From assembly GCA_963735315.1 (NCBI GenBank), contig CAVTKQ010000035.1:20150-84149 (forward strand): a stretch of DNA of 64,000 nt. The letters are read 5' to 3'. Position 1 is the stretch's first letter; each line of letters begins with the position of its first letter. The notes below the pieces were generated by a model. The model saw only the letters and a program-made list of their open reading frames with translations. It searched no databases and was not told where the DNA came from. The translations under genes were made by a program, and so were the position numbers. This document shows, in pieces, positions 1 to 12,075 of the stretch. Source of the stretch: an uncultured Actinomycetota bacterium (lineage in GTDB: Bacteria; Actinomycetota; Actinomycetes; Streptosporangiales; Streptosporangiaceae).

Positions 1-601
1 TATCGCCCATCACCCACAGCCGCCCGGGCGGGACGGTGATGTTGAACCGCAGCTCGGAGGGAGCGTCGCCCGGGTAGACGTAGGACGACTCGGACAGCGG
101 CACGCCGTTGACCGTCACCTGGCCGCTTGGCGTTGCAGCAGACCACGTGGTCCCCGGGGATGCCGATCACGCGCTTGACGTAGTCGGTGTCCGGCCCGGC
201 GATGCCGACCAGGTTCGTCGCGTCGTCCCAGAGCCCGGTCAGCCAGTTGCTCGGCGGCTGGCTCGGCGGGTCCCAGGAGCCGGCCCCGCTGAACACCACG
301 ATGTCGCCGCGGGCGATGGGCCGGAAGTCGTAGACGACCTTGCTGACCAGGATCCGGTCACCGGGCAGCAGGGTGTTCTCCATCGACCCGGAGGGGATGG
401 AGAACACCTGGACGACGAACGCCTTCAGCAGGATCGTCAGCGCCAGGGCCGCGACCACGATCACGAGCGAGGTCGCGCCAGAAGGACCGCTTCCGCCGCT
501 TGGACCTTCTGCGCTTTCGCCGCGCCATCGGCAGGCGCTTGCTCGGCAGCCGACTCTGCGTCTGCCTTCGCGCCTGGCTCGGCACCCGGGTCAGGGGCCA
601 T
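1..601 (-). CDS. lepB: Signal peptidase I (runs off window start; frameshifted near the 5' end)
   Basis: Reverse strand reads KAFVVQVFSIPSGSMENTLLPGDRILVSK...RGDIVVF; directly downstream of rplS. Confidence 0.9.
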
Positions 602-624
602 CCGAGATCAGCTCGTCAGCTTGG

Positions 625-984
625 TCAGCTGGCGACGGTCTCCCGCCGCTCCTTGATCCGGGCCGCCTTACCGCGCAGGTCACGCAGGTAGTACAGCTTG
701 GCGCGGCGGACGCGGCCGCGGGTGACGGTCTCGATCTTGTCGATCGACGGGCTGTGCACCGGGAACGTGCGCTCCACGCCCACGCCGTAGCTCACCTTGC
801 GCACGGTGAAGGTCTCGCGCAGGCCGCCGCCCTGGCGCCGGATCACGACACCCTGGAAGACCTGGATGCGGGAGCGGTTGCCTTCCGTCACCTTAACGTG
901 CACCTTGAGGGTGTCACCGGGGCGGAAGTCCGGGACGTCAGTCCGGAGCTGGGCCTGCTCAAGCTCGGCGATCGCGGTGTGCAT
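625..984 (-). CDS. rplS: 50S ribosomal protein L19
   Basis: [15 protein letters not shown]...[11 protein letters not shown]...[20 protein letters not shown]. Confidence 0.98.
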   Translation of the reverse strand: MHTAIAELEQAQLRTDVPDFRPGDTLKVHVKVTEGNRSRIQVFQGVVIRRQGGGLRETFTVRKVSYGVGVERTFPVHSPSIDKIETVTRGRVRRAKLYYLRDLRGKAARIKERRETVAS

Positions 985-1098
985 GATGGATGTTTCCTCA
1001 GTCCTGGTCGGAATGCGCGGCAGCGCGCATCCGGGTGGAAGCCTGCGTTAGCCAGGGAAACACCCCGGCAGGGTCAACGCCCGAACGGGCAGCGCTCT

Positions 1099-1974
1099 TC
1101 AGTGTGCCATATTTTCGGTGTCAACCGGAAAACCAGCGTCAGCAAGCACCTGACGATCCCGCTTGTCGAGGCCGTCCGGCGCCGCCGCTAGACGGCGAAT
1201 CAGGTCCGGCCGGTTGACAGCGGTGCGGCGCAGCGCCTCATCCCGCTGCCAGCGCGCAATCGCCCGGTGATTGCCTGACAATAGTACTTCAGGCACGTCA
1301 CGCTCGCGCCATGTTCTCGGCCGGGTGTAAACGGGGCCTTCAAGCAGCCCGCTCATCGCTCCCCCGGTGCCGCCGAAGGAGTCGTCGCTGTGCGACTGCT
1401 CGTTCCCGAGCACGCCGGGCAGGAGCCGGCAGACCGCCTCGACGATCACGGCGACGGCTGCCTCTCCCCCGGCCAGGACGTAGTCCCCGATGCTGACCTC
1501 GTCGACGGGCATCCTCGTCCTGGCGTCGGCGACGACCCGGGAGTCGATCCCCTCGTACCGCCCGCAGGCGAACACGAGATGCGCCTCCCGCGCGTAGGCA
1601 GCGGCCAGTTCCTGGGTAAACGGCGTCCCGCTCGGCGTCGGCACGATCAGGCGCGCGGCAGCGCCGGCGACCGGCCCGCGGCGGGCGAGCTCGGACGGCA
1701 AGCGCCGCGTGCCGGCCAGCACCGCGTCGAGGGCGTCGCCCCAGACATCGGGCTTCATCACCATGCCCGGGCCGCCCCCGAAGGGAGTGTCGTCGACGGT
1801 GTGATGCACGTCGGTCGTCCAGGCGCGCAGGTCGTGCACGCGGAAGTCGATGTCCCCGCGCGCCCCGGCCTTCCCGATCAGCGACACGCCAAGGGGCCCG
1901 GACTCGCCGACCCGGCCGTCCTCGCCGATCGGGCCAAAGTAATCCGGGAAAATGGTGACAATGTCTATACGCAC
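1099..1974 (-). CDS. trmD: tRNA (guanine37-N1)-methyltransferase
   Basis: MRIDIVTIFP, VDDTPFGGGPGMVMK, CGRYEGID, SIGDYVLAGGE, LLSGNH. Confidence 0.97.
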   Translation of the reverse strand: MRIDIVTIFPDYFGPIGEDGRVGESGPLGVSLIGKAGARGDIDFRVHDLRAWTTDVHHTVDDTPFGGGPGMVMKPDVWGDALDAVLAGTRRLPSELARRGPVAGAAARLIVPTPSGTPFTQELAAAYAREAHLVFACGRYEGIDSRVVADARTRMPVDEVSIGDYVLAGGEAAVAVIVEAVCRLLPGVLGNEQSHSDDSFGGTGGAMSGLLEGPVYTRPRTWRERDVPEVLLSGNHRAIARWQRDEALRRTAVNRPDLIRRLAAAPDGLDKRDRQVLADAGFPVDTENMAH

Positions 1975-2010
1975 AGCGACCTCTCAGCGGCCTTCTCGCT
2001 GAGCGAGACG

Positions 2011-2078
2011 ATGATCGCGAAGACTTCTGCGTGCTATAGCGACGTAAAAGTCTCCGCGACAAACGAAGTCTTCGCGAT
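2011..2078. repeat. REP-like intergenic inverted repeat
   Basis: ATCGCGAAGACTTC (2014-2027) and GAAGTCTTCGCGAT (2065-2078) around a GCTATAGCGAC core. Confidence 0.75.
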
Positions 2079-2082
2079 GCAG

Positions 2083-2601
2083 TCAGGGAGCGTCTTCGAG
2101 GTTCAGCAGGCCCTCAGGCGGGTCGATGATCAGGACGCCGGCCGGCATGTCCACGTCAGGGACGAGCGGCTTGACGAACGGCACCATGACCTCGCGGCCG
2201 CCCGCGGACTTGATCACCAGGACGTCCTGGCCCGAGTGCAGCACGTCGTCCACGGTGCCGACTGCGGTGCCGTCGACCGTGCGGACGGACAGGCCGACCA
2301 GGTCGGCGTCGCGGAACTCGTCAGGGTCGTCCGGCGGGGCGATCGTGGCGGAGTCCACCGTCAGCCAGGTGCCGCGAAGTTCCGCGGCGGCGTCCCGGTC
2401 GCCGATGCCCTCGAACCGGACGAGCAGCTCGCCCGAATGCCACTTGGTGCGCCGCCACGGTGAGCGGGCCGAGATCGGCCGGGTCGGTGTCCAGCCGCGA
2501 GCCCCGAGCGAACCGCAGTTCGGGCTCGTCGGTACGGACACCGACCACGACATCGCCGCGAATCCCGTGCGGACGGCCGATCCGGCCGACGTTACCTGCA
2601 C
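2083..2601 (-). CDS. rimM: Ribosome maturation factor RimM (frameshifted)
   Basis: [13 protein letters not shown] in one frame, [19 protein letters not shown]...[12 protein letters not shown]...IDPPEGLL in another; operon position. Confidence 0.93.
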   Translation of the reverse strand: MQVTSAGSAVRTGFAAMSWSVSVPTSPNCGSLGARGWTPTRPISARSPWRRTKWHSGELLVRFEGIGDRDAAAELRGTWLTVDSATIAPPDDPDEFRDADLVGLSVRTVDGTAVGTVDDVLHSGQDVLVIKSAGGREVMVPFVKPLVPDVDMPAGVLIIDPPEGLLNLEDAP

Positions 2602-2607
2602 GGGAAG

Positions 2608-2851
2608 TTACCTGAACCTCGCCGGTCTCCAGCAGGTCGATGCGGACGTGCCGGTTCCCGGCCAGGGAGCCGATCACGGTCCGCAGCGCCCGGGCGGTGC
2701 GCCCGCCCCGGCCGATGACCTTGCCCAGGTCATCGGGGTGGACGCGGACTTCGAGTACGTTGCCCCGGCGGAGCATCCGGCTCACCACCCGGACGTCGTC
2801 CGGGTGGCCAACGATGCCCCGGACCAGGTGCTCGAGGGCCTCCTCAAGCAC
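2608..2851 (-). CDS. khpA: KH-domain RNA-binding protein (KhpA family); 3' end approximate
   Basis: [15 protein letters not shown]...[23 protein letters not shown]; between rpsP and rimM. Confidence 0.9.
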
Positions 2852-2852
2852 C

Positions 2853-3423
2853 TTAGGCCTCGGCGGACTCGGCCGGAGCGGCCTCGGCCGGCGCAGCCTC
2901 GGCGGCGGGCGCCTCGGCGGGCGCGGCTCGGCGACGCGGCCTCGACGGCACGGCCTCGGCCGGCGCGGCCTCGGCCGGCCACGGGCTCGGCCGGCGCGGC
3001 CTCGGCGGGCTCGGCCTTCTTCGCTTCCCGCTTCGGCGCGGACCTGGCCGGCCTGGCGGCGGCCTTGGCCTCCTTCGCCGCGAGGGACTCCTTGACGAGC
3101 TCGTCGTAGCGGTCCTTCTTGTCGGCCTTCGACTCGCCGGTCTTGAGGGTGCCCTCGGCACCGGGCAGGCCCTTGAACTTCTGCCAGTCACCGGTGATGG
3201 TCAGCAGGTGCTGGACCTGCTCGGTCGGCTGCGCGCCAACCGAGAGCCAGTACTGCACCCGCTCGGAGTCGATCTGGATGAGCGACGGCTCGAGCTTCGG
3301 GTGGTACTTGCCGATCTCCTCGATGGCACGCCCGTCGCGCTTGGTGCGCGCGTCGGCGACGACGACCCGGTAATACGGTTCCCGGATCTTGCCCAGGCGC
3401 TTCAGTCTGATCTTGACAGCCAC
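2853..3423 (-). CDS. rpsP: 30S ribosomal protein S16 with Ala/Pro/Glu-rich tail (frameshift in tail)
   Basis: [42 protein letters not shown]. Confidence 0.97.
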
Positions 3424-3970
3424 GGCTGCGGTCTTCTCCCACGAAGTTAGGTACGTGTGTCGGGCACCCGCCAGCGGGGAATGGCCGGCCGGACCGAGCG
3501 AAATGGCGCCGGACCGGGCGGACAGAGAGAGGGCGCCACACGGCCAAGCGTCAAGAAGCCAGTATAGGGGCTACCCGCGGCCCTTCGCCCGGCTAGCCGG
3601 ACACCCGCGCGAGCAGGAGTCGTTTCCGGCGGAAGACAACGAGGTTAACTCAACGTAACCGCAGCGAGGTACATCGCGCGACACCGCACGATATGGAACA
3701 TTACGTTTGCTTCGATCTTCATGAAACAGTTGCATAACACGCCGCGCTTTCCGCTGCGACCACGTACAGGCTGTGGAAACCTTCACTCCTACAAGAGCCG
3801 CATACAGGTACGTTTCACCACGTATGGGACTGGAGTGCTGTTAGTCTCTGGTACCTACGGTGAGGGGCATCGCACTCACCGTAGCGGTCGGTGACTCTGA
3901 GTCACCGATCTCCTCGTCGTGGCCACGTGTCTGCCAATGGTGCGTACTTATACAAGGAGAGATCCACACC

Positions 3971-5408
3971 ATGACTGACCAGACTGCCCAACCGGACAGC
4001 ACCGATAACCAGCCCACCGCTGGCCGCGTTTCCCGGCGTAGCCTGTTCCGCGCGGCCGGCGTCGGCGCGGCCGTCGTGGGCGGCGGCGCCCTTCTCGAGG
4101 CCTGCAGCTCCGGCATCCAGGGCGCCTCGTCCTCCTCCTCGCCAGCGCGAGCGCGGCCGCGAGCGGCAGCACCTCGGGCGGCGGGACGAGCAAGGAAATC
4201 ACGATCGGCTGGATCCACCCGCTGACCGGCTCGCTGGCCGGCTTCGGCTACCCCGACAACTGGGTCACCAAGCAGATCATGGCGACGTCGCAGTTCAAGA
4301 ACGGGATCAAGATCGGCGGCTCGACCTACACGGTCACCATCAAGTCCTACGACACGCAGTCGAGCGTGACCAAGGCGGGCAGCCTGGCCAAGCAGGCCAT
4401 CCAGCAGGACAACGTCGACCTGCTGCTCGCCTCCTCCACCCCGGAGACCGTCAACGCGGTCGCGTCGCAGGCCGAGACCCTCGGCACCCCGCTGATCTGC
4501 TCCAACATCCCGTGGGAGTCCTGGTACATCAACCTGGGCGGCAACCCGCAGAAGCCGACGCTCACGCCCAAGCACACCGTGATGTACTTCCTCGGCGCCG
4601 AGCACCTGGCGCTCTGCTTCATCGCCGATGTGGAACCGGATCGGCGAGAAGTACGGCAACAACCACAAGGTCGCCGCCGCGTTCCCGAACGACGCCGACG
4701 GCAACGCCTTCCGCGCCGTCTTCCCCGCCGGTCCTGAAGCCCGACGGGCTACACCCTCGACCTGTCGGCGGCCTACCCCGACGGGCTGACCAACTACACG
4801 TCGATGATCAGCCAGTTCAAGAGCCACGGCGACGACTTCTTCACCAACGTCCCGCTGCCGCCCGACTTCGCCACCATGTGGACCCAGGCGCTGCAGCAGG
4901 GCTTCAAGCCCAAGCTCGCCACCGTCGCCAAGGTGCTGCTGTTCCCCCAGGACGCCTACGCCATGGGCTCCAAGGTCTACAACATCGCCACCGACTCCTG
5001 GTGGGTGCCCGAGCTGCCGTGGACCTCCTCGCTCACCCAGCAGACCTGCACGGACCTCGGCGAACGCGTACACGACCGCGGGCCTCGGCCAGCCGAACGC
5101 GAACATCTCGAACTACACGCTCTTCGAGATCGCCTACGCCGCGCTCAGCGCGGTCGAACAACCCGCACGACAAGGCCGAGCTGTCCGCGGCGCTGTTCAA
5201 GGTCAAGCTGCCCCAGGCGGTCGCCGGCCCGATCGACTACACCTCCACCAACGCCAAGACCAACCCCGCCCCGGGCGTGGCGATCACCCCGCCGGTCGGC
5301 ATCCAGTGGCAGAAGGGCACCAAGTACCCGCTTGAGGCCAAGGTCGTCGACAACACCCTGCAGCCGAACGCGAAGATCACCGGCGACCTGCTGCCGACCT
5401 TCAGCTAA
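3971..5408 (+). CDS. Branched-chain-amino-acid-type ABC substrate-binding lipoprotein, Tat-type signal (several frameshifts)
   Basis: VSRRSLF twin-arginine motif, LLEAC lipobox, GWIHPLTGSLAGFG; heads a liv-like operon. Confidence 0.85.
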
Positions 5409-5428
5409 ATCCCGAACAATCAGGAAGC

Positions 5429-6217
5429 ATGACTAGTCCACTCCTTGAGCTCGACCACGTGACGAAGCGGTTCGGCCGCGTCGTCATCGCGGAAGATCTC
5501 AGCTTCTCGGTCGGCGCCGGGGACACCGTCGGGATCGTGGGGCCGAACGGGGCTGGCAAGACCAGCCTGTTCGGCCTCATCTCCGGCGACCTTGCCCCCG
5601 GTGCCGGCCAGGTCAGTTTCGCCGGGAAGAACGTCACCCGGCTGGACTCGGCCGCCCGCTGCCGCCTCGGCATCGGCCGGACCTATCAGGTGCCACGTCC
5701 CTTCGTGGACATGACCGTGTTCGAGAACGCGCTTGTCGCCGCCCAGCAGGGCGGCGGCCTGCGCCGCAAGGCCAGCTACGCGGCGGCCGCGGCAGCGCTT
5801 GAGCGGACCGGGATAGCCGGCGAGGCGAACGTGCCCGCCGGCCGTCTCGGCCTGCTCGCCCGCAAGCGCCTGGAGATCGCCCGCGCGCTCGCCACCGGGC
5901 CGCAGCTGCTGCTGCTCGACGAGGTCGCGGGCGGCCTCACCGACCCCGAGGTCACCGTGCTCGTGGAGATCGTCCGCGGCATCAACGCCGAGGGCATCGC
6001 GGTGATCTGGATCGAGCACGTCGTCCGGGCGCTGACCTCGCTGGTGTCCCGGATGACCTGCCTGTACGGCGGGGAGTTCATCGGCGACGGCACGCCCGCC
6101 GAGGTGCTCGCCAACCCGCGGGTACGCGAGGTCTACCTCGGCAGCGACGTCGACGCCTCGACGATCCAGGCCGTGCTTGAAGAGGAAGACGGCATGATCG
6201 AGCAACCGCCACGATAG
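5429..6217 (+). CDS. ABC ATPase, LivG-like
   Basis: [29 protein letters not shown]. Confidence 0.92.
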   Translation: MTSPLLELDHVTKRFGRVVIAEDLSFSVGAGDTVGIVGPNGAGKTSLFGLISGDLAPGAGQVSFAGKNVTRLDSAARCRLGIGRTYQVPRPFVDMTVFENALVAAQQGGGLRRKASYAAAAAALERTGIAGEANVPAGRLGLLARKRLEIARALATGPQLLLLDEVAGGLTDPEVTVLVEIVRGINAEGIAVIWIEHVVRALTSLVSRMTCLYGGEFIGDGTPAEVLANPRVREVYLGSDVDASTIQAVLEEEDGMIEQPPR

Positions 6218-6989
6218 CGGCGGCACCGCTGCTTGAGGTCCGCGACCTCGTCGTGCACCATGGCCAGCTCCGGGCGCTTTCCGGCATCTCGCTCGCGGTC
6301 TACCCCGGCGAGGTCTACGCCCTGATCGGTGCCAACGGCGCGGGCAAGTCCACGCTGCTGCGCACCATCGCCGGCCTGCACCACCCGACCGTCGGGCTCG
6401 ATCAGCTACGACGGCAAGGACGTGACCGGGCTGCGGCCGGAGAAGCGCGCCACCGCCGGGATCGTGATGGTCCCCGAGGGCCGGCGGCTGTTCCCGTCGC
6501 TCACCCTGGAAGAGAACCTCAAGGTCGGCGCGTCCTACGCCCGCAAGGGCCCGTGGACCATCGACCGGGTCCTCGAGCTGTTCCCGTGGATGAAGGAGCG
6601 GCGCGGCCAGAAGACCGCGCAGATGTCCGGCGGCGAGCAGCAGTCCGTCGCGATCGGCCGCGCGCTCGTCGCCAACCCCCGGATGCTGCTCCTCGACGAG
6701 CTGTCCCTCGGCCTCGCGCCGGTGATCGTGCAGCGGATCTACGCCATGCTGCCGCAGGTCCTTGAGTCCGGCATCACCGTGCTGCTCGTCGAGCAGGACG
6801 TCAGCCAGGCGCTGCGCGTCGCGACGCACCTGCAGTGCCTGCTTGAGGGGCACACCACGCTCGAGGGCACGCCGGCCGAGGTCACCAGGGAGCAGGTCGA
6901 GGCCGCCTACTTCGGAGTCGGCTCTGCTACCCCAGGGGAGCTACTCCCGCAAACCCCCCCGGAAACGACGGGAGAGGAGCAACGCGTAA
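6194..6989 (+). CDS. ABC ATPase, LivF-like (frameshifted; ends approximate)
   Basis: [39 protein letters not shown]. Confidence 0.88.
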
Positions 6990-7865
6990 TGGCCTGGGTT
7001 AACGCCATCATCCAGGGCCTGCTGACCGGCGGCCTGTACGCGCTGTTCGCGTGCGGCCTGTCCCTGATGTTCGGCGTGATGAAGGTGGTCAACCTGGCGC
7101 ACGGCGACCTCGCCATCGTCGCCGGGTACATCGGCGTCGGGATCATCGCGGTCACCCACATGCCGGTGCTGTGGTCGATTCCCGTCGTCGTCGTGCTGAT
7201 GGCGGTGCTCGGCTACATCCTGCAGCGATCGGTCATCCAGGCCGCGATCAGCCGCGGCGAGCTCACCACGCTGATCGTCACCTTCGGCCTGTCGATCATC
7301 ATCGAGAACGGCCTGCAGCAGTTCTTCACCGCCAACAGCCGGGGCCTCGGCGTCGGCGACTCGTTCATCACCGCGTCCTTCTCGATCGGCTCGCAGATCA
7401 CCATCGCCTGGCTCAACCTCGCCATCTTCGTGCTCGCGATCATCGTCCTGCTCGGCCTGCAGCAGTTCCTGTCCAGGTCGAAGTACGGCCGGCTGATCCG
7501 GGCCGTCGCCGACGACCGGGAGGCCGCGCAGCTGTCCGGGGCGGACTACCGGCACGTGTTCGGCATCGCGGCCGCGATCGCCTTCGGCACGCGTGGCGAT
7601 CGCCGGCATCTGCCAGGGGATGATCACCACGATCAGCCCGACCATCGGCACCGACACGATCCTGCTGTTCGCCTTCGCTTCGGTGGTCATCGGCGGCCTC
7701 GGGTCGCTGTGGGGCACCCTGCTCGGCGGCATCGTCCTCGGAGTCGCCCAGGCGATCGGCGCGCAGATCAACCCGTCGTACGAGACTCTCGCCGGGTACG
7801 CGGTCTTCCTGCTCGTCCTCGTGGTCCGGCCGCAGGGGCTTGTCAGCCAGGGGGCTCAGTCATGA
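6989..7865 (+). CDS. ABC permease, LivH-like (frameshifted)
   Basis: GGLYALFACGLSLMFGVMKVVNLAHGD...VIGGLGSLWG...RPQGL. Confidence 0.9.
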
Positions 7866-8897
7866 CGGAGACCGCGAAGACCAGCATCCGTTCGGAAGAA
7901 AAGTCTTTGAAAGTAACCCGCTCGCGCAGGAACGTCGCCTGGAGCGGCATCGGCGCGCTCGTCGTGATCGTCGTGCTGTTCCTGTTCCCGTACTACGTCG
8001 GGCCAGGCACCACTCGGCATCATGGTGCAGGGGCTGATCGTGCTCACGCTGGCCTCGATGTGGAACCTGCTCGCCGGGTACGCGGGGCTGGTCTCCGTCG
8101 GGCAGCAGGCGTTCTTCGGGCTCGGCGCGTACTTCGTGCTGATCCCGGCGATGCACGGCATCACGCCGTGGGCCGGGCTGTTCATCGCCGCGATCGGCGC
8201 CGCGGTCTGCGCGCTGCCGCTGTGGTGGCTGGTCGCCCGGCTGCGCCTCGGCTACTTCGCCATCGCGACCTGGGTGCTCGCCTCGGTGGTCATGCTGATC
8301 ATCGAGCAGATCTCCTCCATCGGCGGCGGCACCGGCGAGCCGCTGCCCGGGCTTTCCGGCATGGACCCGGCGGTGCTCACCGCCTACACCTACTGGGCCG
8401 CGCTGGTCGTCGCGGTGCTCGCCATCGGCGGGGTGTACTTCCTGCTGCGGTCCCGGGTCGGGCTGATGCTGACCGCGATCCGTGACGACGAGCGGGCGGC
8501 GCGGTCCTCCGGCGTGCGGGTCGGCCTGGCGCGGATGGGCGTCTTCATCGTCGCCGCCGCCGGGTGCGGCGCGGCTGGCGGGGTGCTCGCCATCGAGCAG
8601 CTTCAGGTGGTGCCGGGGACGTCGGGCGGCGTGTTCAGCGTGCAGTGGACCGCCGAGATGGCGTTCGCGGTGATCATCGGCGGCATCGGCACCATCGAGG
8701 GGCCGATCATCGGCACCATCGTCTACATGGTGCTGCAGCAGACGCTGCAGTCCTACAACGCCTGGTACCTGATCGTCCTGGGCATCGTGGCCATCGTGAT
8801 CGCGCATCTTCGCGCGGCGCGGGCTGTGGGGGACGGTGGACGAGCGCTTCAACATCCGGCTCTTCCCCGTCGGGTATCACCTGTGGGCACCGGGTGA
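7862..8897 (+). CDS. ABC permease, LivM-like (frameshifted)
   Basis: WNLLAGYAGLVSVGQQAFFGLGAY, AIRDDERAA, IIGGIGTIEGPIIG. Confidence 0.9.
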
Positions 8898-9019
8898 GCG
8901 GCGCGGCGACGCCGCGTCCCCACGCACGCGGCATCGTAGGTCCTGTCGCTACTGGGCTGTGCGGCTGGGTTTCCGGCCGCACGAGCCGTTGCGCCCTGCG
9001 GCGGCTTAACGGCCTCCGC

Positions 9020-10505
9020 GATCGTGATCCTTTCTCTGCCGCCGGATAAGCGGCGTCTGGTTCGAACGGGTACATCGGGCGGCGCCGGTGCCTGTAGGTG
9101 AAGCCGTCAACGGAGTTACGGGTCACGCCGGGGGTATCCACGACGAGGAGCCCGCCGCAGACGTCGGCGTAGCCGGCCCGCGGGGCATTTACCCCCTTGC
9201 CGATGATGGCGCGGAAGGATCCCGGGTCCAGGCCCACGACCTCCAGCTGGACCGGGGTGACGGTCGGGACCAGCTTGCCGGTCAGCACGACCGTCGGGCC
9301 GTCGTCGGTGCGGACCGCCACCATCTCGCCGCCGTCGAAGAACCGGAAGCCGCCGTGCACGGTCTTTTCCGACTCGGTACTGGCCGGCGTGCCGTCCGGC
9401 GATGACCCCGGCGAGCGTGACCGGACGGCCGTCCTGCTCGGCGGCGTGCCCGCCTGCCGTGACGGTCACCCGGTCGCCGACGGCGGCGGTTTTGAGCGCT
9501 TCGACGGCGGCCGGGTCGAACAGGGTGCACGCGACGCCGGGGATGCCCGCGGCGAGGATCGCGGCAAGCAGGACGGTCGAGTCGCCAGGCCCGCCGCCGC
9601 CGATGTTGTCGCCGACATCCAGCACGAGGAGCGGCTTCGGCACCGTCGCGGGCGCGCAGCGCGGCGACCGCGGCCTCGACGCTGACGGCACCGCCCTGCA
9701 GGTCGCGGCGGCGGTCCCAGACGGCGGCGGCGACGCGGCGGGCGGCCGCGCGGGTGGCGGCCTCGTCGGGCGTCGCCACGACCGCCATGCCCATGTGCGG
9801 ACGTCGGCGTAGGGGAAGCCCTCGATCACCGACACGTCGATCATGCCGGGCTCGGCCTCGCCGGCTCGGCGATGCGCAGCAGGTCGAGCATCGGCGGTCG
9901 AGGTGTCCTGCCGGGCGATGGTCACCACCAGCGGGATCTGTTCGACCACGGTCGCCGGACGCCCGCCGGTACGGATGACGTCGACCAGCAGCCCACGGCA
10001 CTTCGTGGCCCGTCCGCGGGTCGACGTGGGGATTTGTCTGGTAGCCGAGCAGCACGTCGACTCGTCGGCCAGCCGGGGGTCGACGTTGGCGTGCATGTCG
10101 AGGACCGACCCGATCGGGATGTCCGCTCCGACGATCGAGCGGATCCAGGCCGCGATGTCCGGGTCGGCGGAGCGGGTGACGCCGGCGACGCACGCTCCGT
10201 GCAGGCAAAGCAGCACCCCGTCCAACGGGCGGCGCTGGCGAGCAGCCGCTCATCTGCCGCCGTGATCGCCGTAGGCGTCGGCCACCACGCCGCACGGGTT
10301 CACCATGGCCTCGATCAGCGGGACGGTTCGACGTCGGAATCTTCAGGCGTCGACAGGAAACCGCCGTAGGTCGCTGCGAGTCGTGGTAGTGCGCGGTCAT
10401 CTCCGCGCCGCGCCGGATCCCCCCGGCGGTACGCGGCCAGGTCGGCCAGGATGGTGGAGAACGTGTTGGTTTCGTGGTGCAGTCCGAGACCGCCAGCCGG
10501 ATCAA
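9020..10505 (-). CDS. M81/MlrC-family metallopeptidase or amidohydrolase (many frameshifts; 3' end approximate)
   Basis: HETNTFS, LCLHGA, LDMHAN, GFPYADV, DVGDNIGGGGPGDST, C-terminal RRPMYPFE. Confidence 0.85.
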
Positions 10506-11879
10506 GCCTCGTTCCTCCGTTCCGCGTGCCGCTGGCCGTTCCTGTCCTGGCCATGTCCGTGCTGTCAGGTTTCGGGCCGTCAGGTTCCGGGCCGGGGCCG
10601 TCGGCGAGGGTCGCGGCGAGCGCCGCGTCGAAGACCGCTACGGTCTCGCTGACGTCCGCAGCTGAGTGCGCGGTCGAGATGTACCAGCGGCCGCCGGGCA
10701 GGGCGAAGACGCCCCGGCGCAGCATGTGCACCGTCAGCCGGTCGTAGAACGCCTGGTCCGCGGCCAGGAACTCCTCGAAGCTGCCCGCTGACGAGATGCC
10801 GAATACCGCCTGCACGACGGAGCCGACCTGGTTGACGGCGCCCGCCACGCCGTGCCGCCGATGGCGTCCCGCAGGCCGGCGGCGAGCTGGGCGCCGCGGT
10901 CCTCCAGCGCCGGGTAGACCCCTTCCCCGCCGAGCACCTCCAGCGTCGCGGCGGCGGCGGCGAGCACGATCGGGTTACCGTTGTAAGTGCCCGCGTGGAC
11001 GACGCCGGCGGTGGTCTGGTCGATGAGCCGGGCGCGCCCGGCGACCGCCGACATGGGGTAGCCGCCCGCGATGGCCTTGGCCAGCACCACGAGGTCAGGG
11101 CGGACGCCGAAGCGCTCGACGGCACCGCCGTAGGCGAGGCGGAACCCGGTGATCACCTCGTCGAAGACCAGGACCGTGCCGGTCTCATCGCAAGCGCGGC
11201 GCAGCGCGGCCAGGTAACCGGGCGGCGGCCCGATCACGCCCGAGTTGCACAGCACCGGCTCGATGTAGACGGCGGCGAGGTCGGCCGCCGGGTCCCGCAG
11301 CAGCCGCAGGGCGCCGTCGAGGTCGCCGAACCGGACCAGGCTCACGTCGGCGAGCGCCGAGGCGCGCTGCCCGCGCGTGCCGAAGGAGTCCAGCCGGCCG
11401 CTTGAGTCGGGACGGTAGCCGAGCAGGAACTCATCCGCCCAGCCGTGATAGTGACCGATGACCTTGAGGAACCGCTGACGCCCGGTCGCCGCGCGGGCCA
11501 GCCGGAGCGCGACCTGCGTGGCTTCTGAGCCGGTGTTGGACCACAGCACGCGCTCGGTGCCGGGGATGGCGGCCAGCACGCGCTCGGCGACCTCGTACTC
11601 AAGCGCGTGGCCCGCGCCGAAGGTCGCGCCGAGCGGGGCCCGGGACTGCACGGCCCTGGTGAGCCTGGGGTGGGCGTGGCCGAGGATTACCGGCCCCCAG
11701 CCGAGCACGTAGTCGAGGTAGTCGTTGCCGTCGATGTCGGTCAGCCGGGGACCCGAGCCCCGGGCGAAGAACAGCGGATGCGGCTTCATGGACGCGCGCA
11801 TTCCGGTCGATACCCCGCCGCCCAGCGAGCGCTTCGAACGCTCCCACGCCGCGGCCGACGCCGGCCATGACTCGATCAA
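10502..11879 (-). CDS. Class III aminotransferase, GSA-aminomutase-like (frameshifted)
   Basis: DIDGNDYLDYVLGWGP, NTGSEA, FDEVITGFR, AKAIAGG, HAGTYNGNP; TTG start preceded by GGGAG. Confidence 0.88.
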
Positions 11880-11894
11880 CTGCGCTCCCCTACT

Positions 11895-11915
11895 GCGTTT
11901 CATCTAGTGAAACGC
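11895..11915. promoter_or_regulatory. Putative IclR operator palindrome
   Basis: GCGTTTCA-TCTAG-TGAAACGC with perfect 8-bp arms, in the divergent aminotransferase/IclR gap. Confidence 0.65.
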
Positions 11916-12075
11916 TCTTTCTACTTTTTCCGAACATAACTGATCCCTGTCACTAGCGTCAATGTCCGTCGATACGCCATCTGCCCAGTAAGACTGGGGT
12001 ACCGGCGTGCTCACTGTTCCACTGGCTGCAATTGCTGTACCATTTCCAGATGGCTGGGCAGGAAGGAAAGTTGCG

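Noticed and set aside
6329-8485. 718-aa ATPase-permease fusion
   Set aside because: Artefact of indels joining LivF-, LivH- and LivM-like genes that have their own starts
10315-10848. Aminotransferase-MlrC fusion
   Set aside because: MlrC has its own GGAGG plus TTG start at 10505; the read-through is best explained by indels
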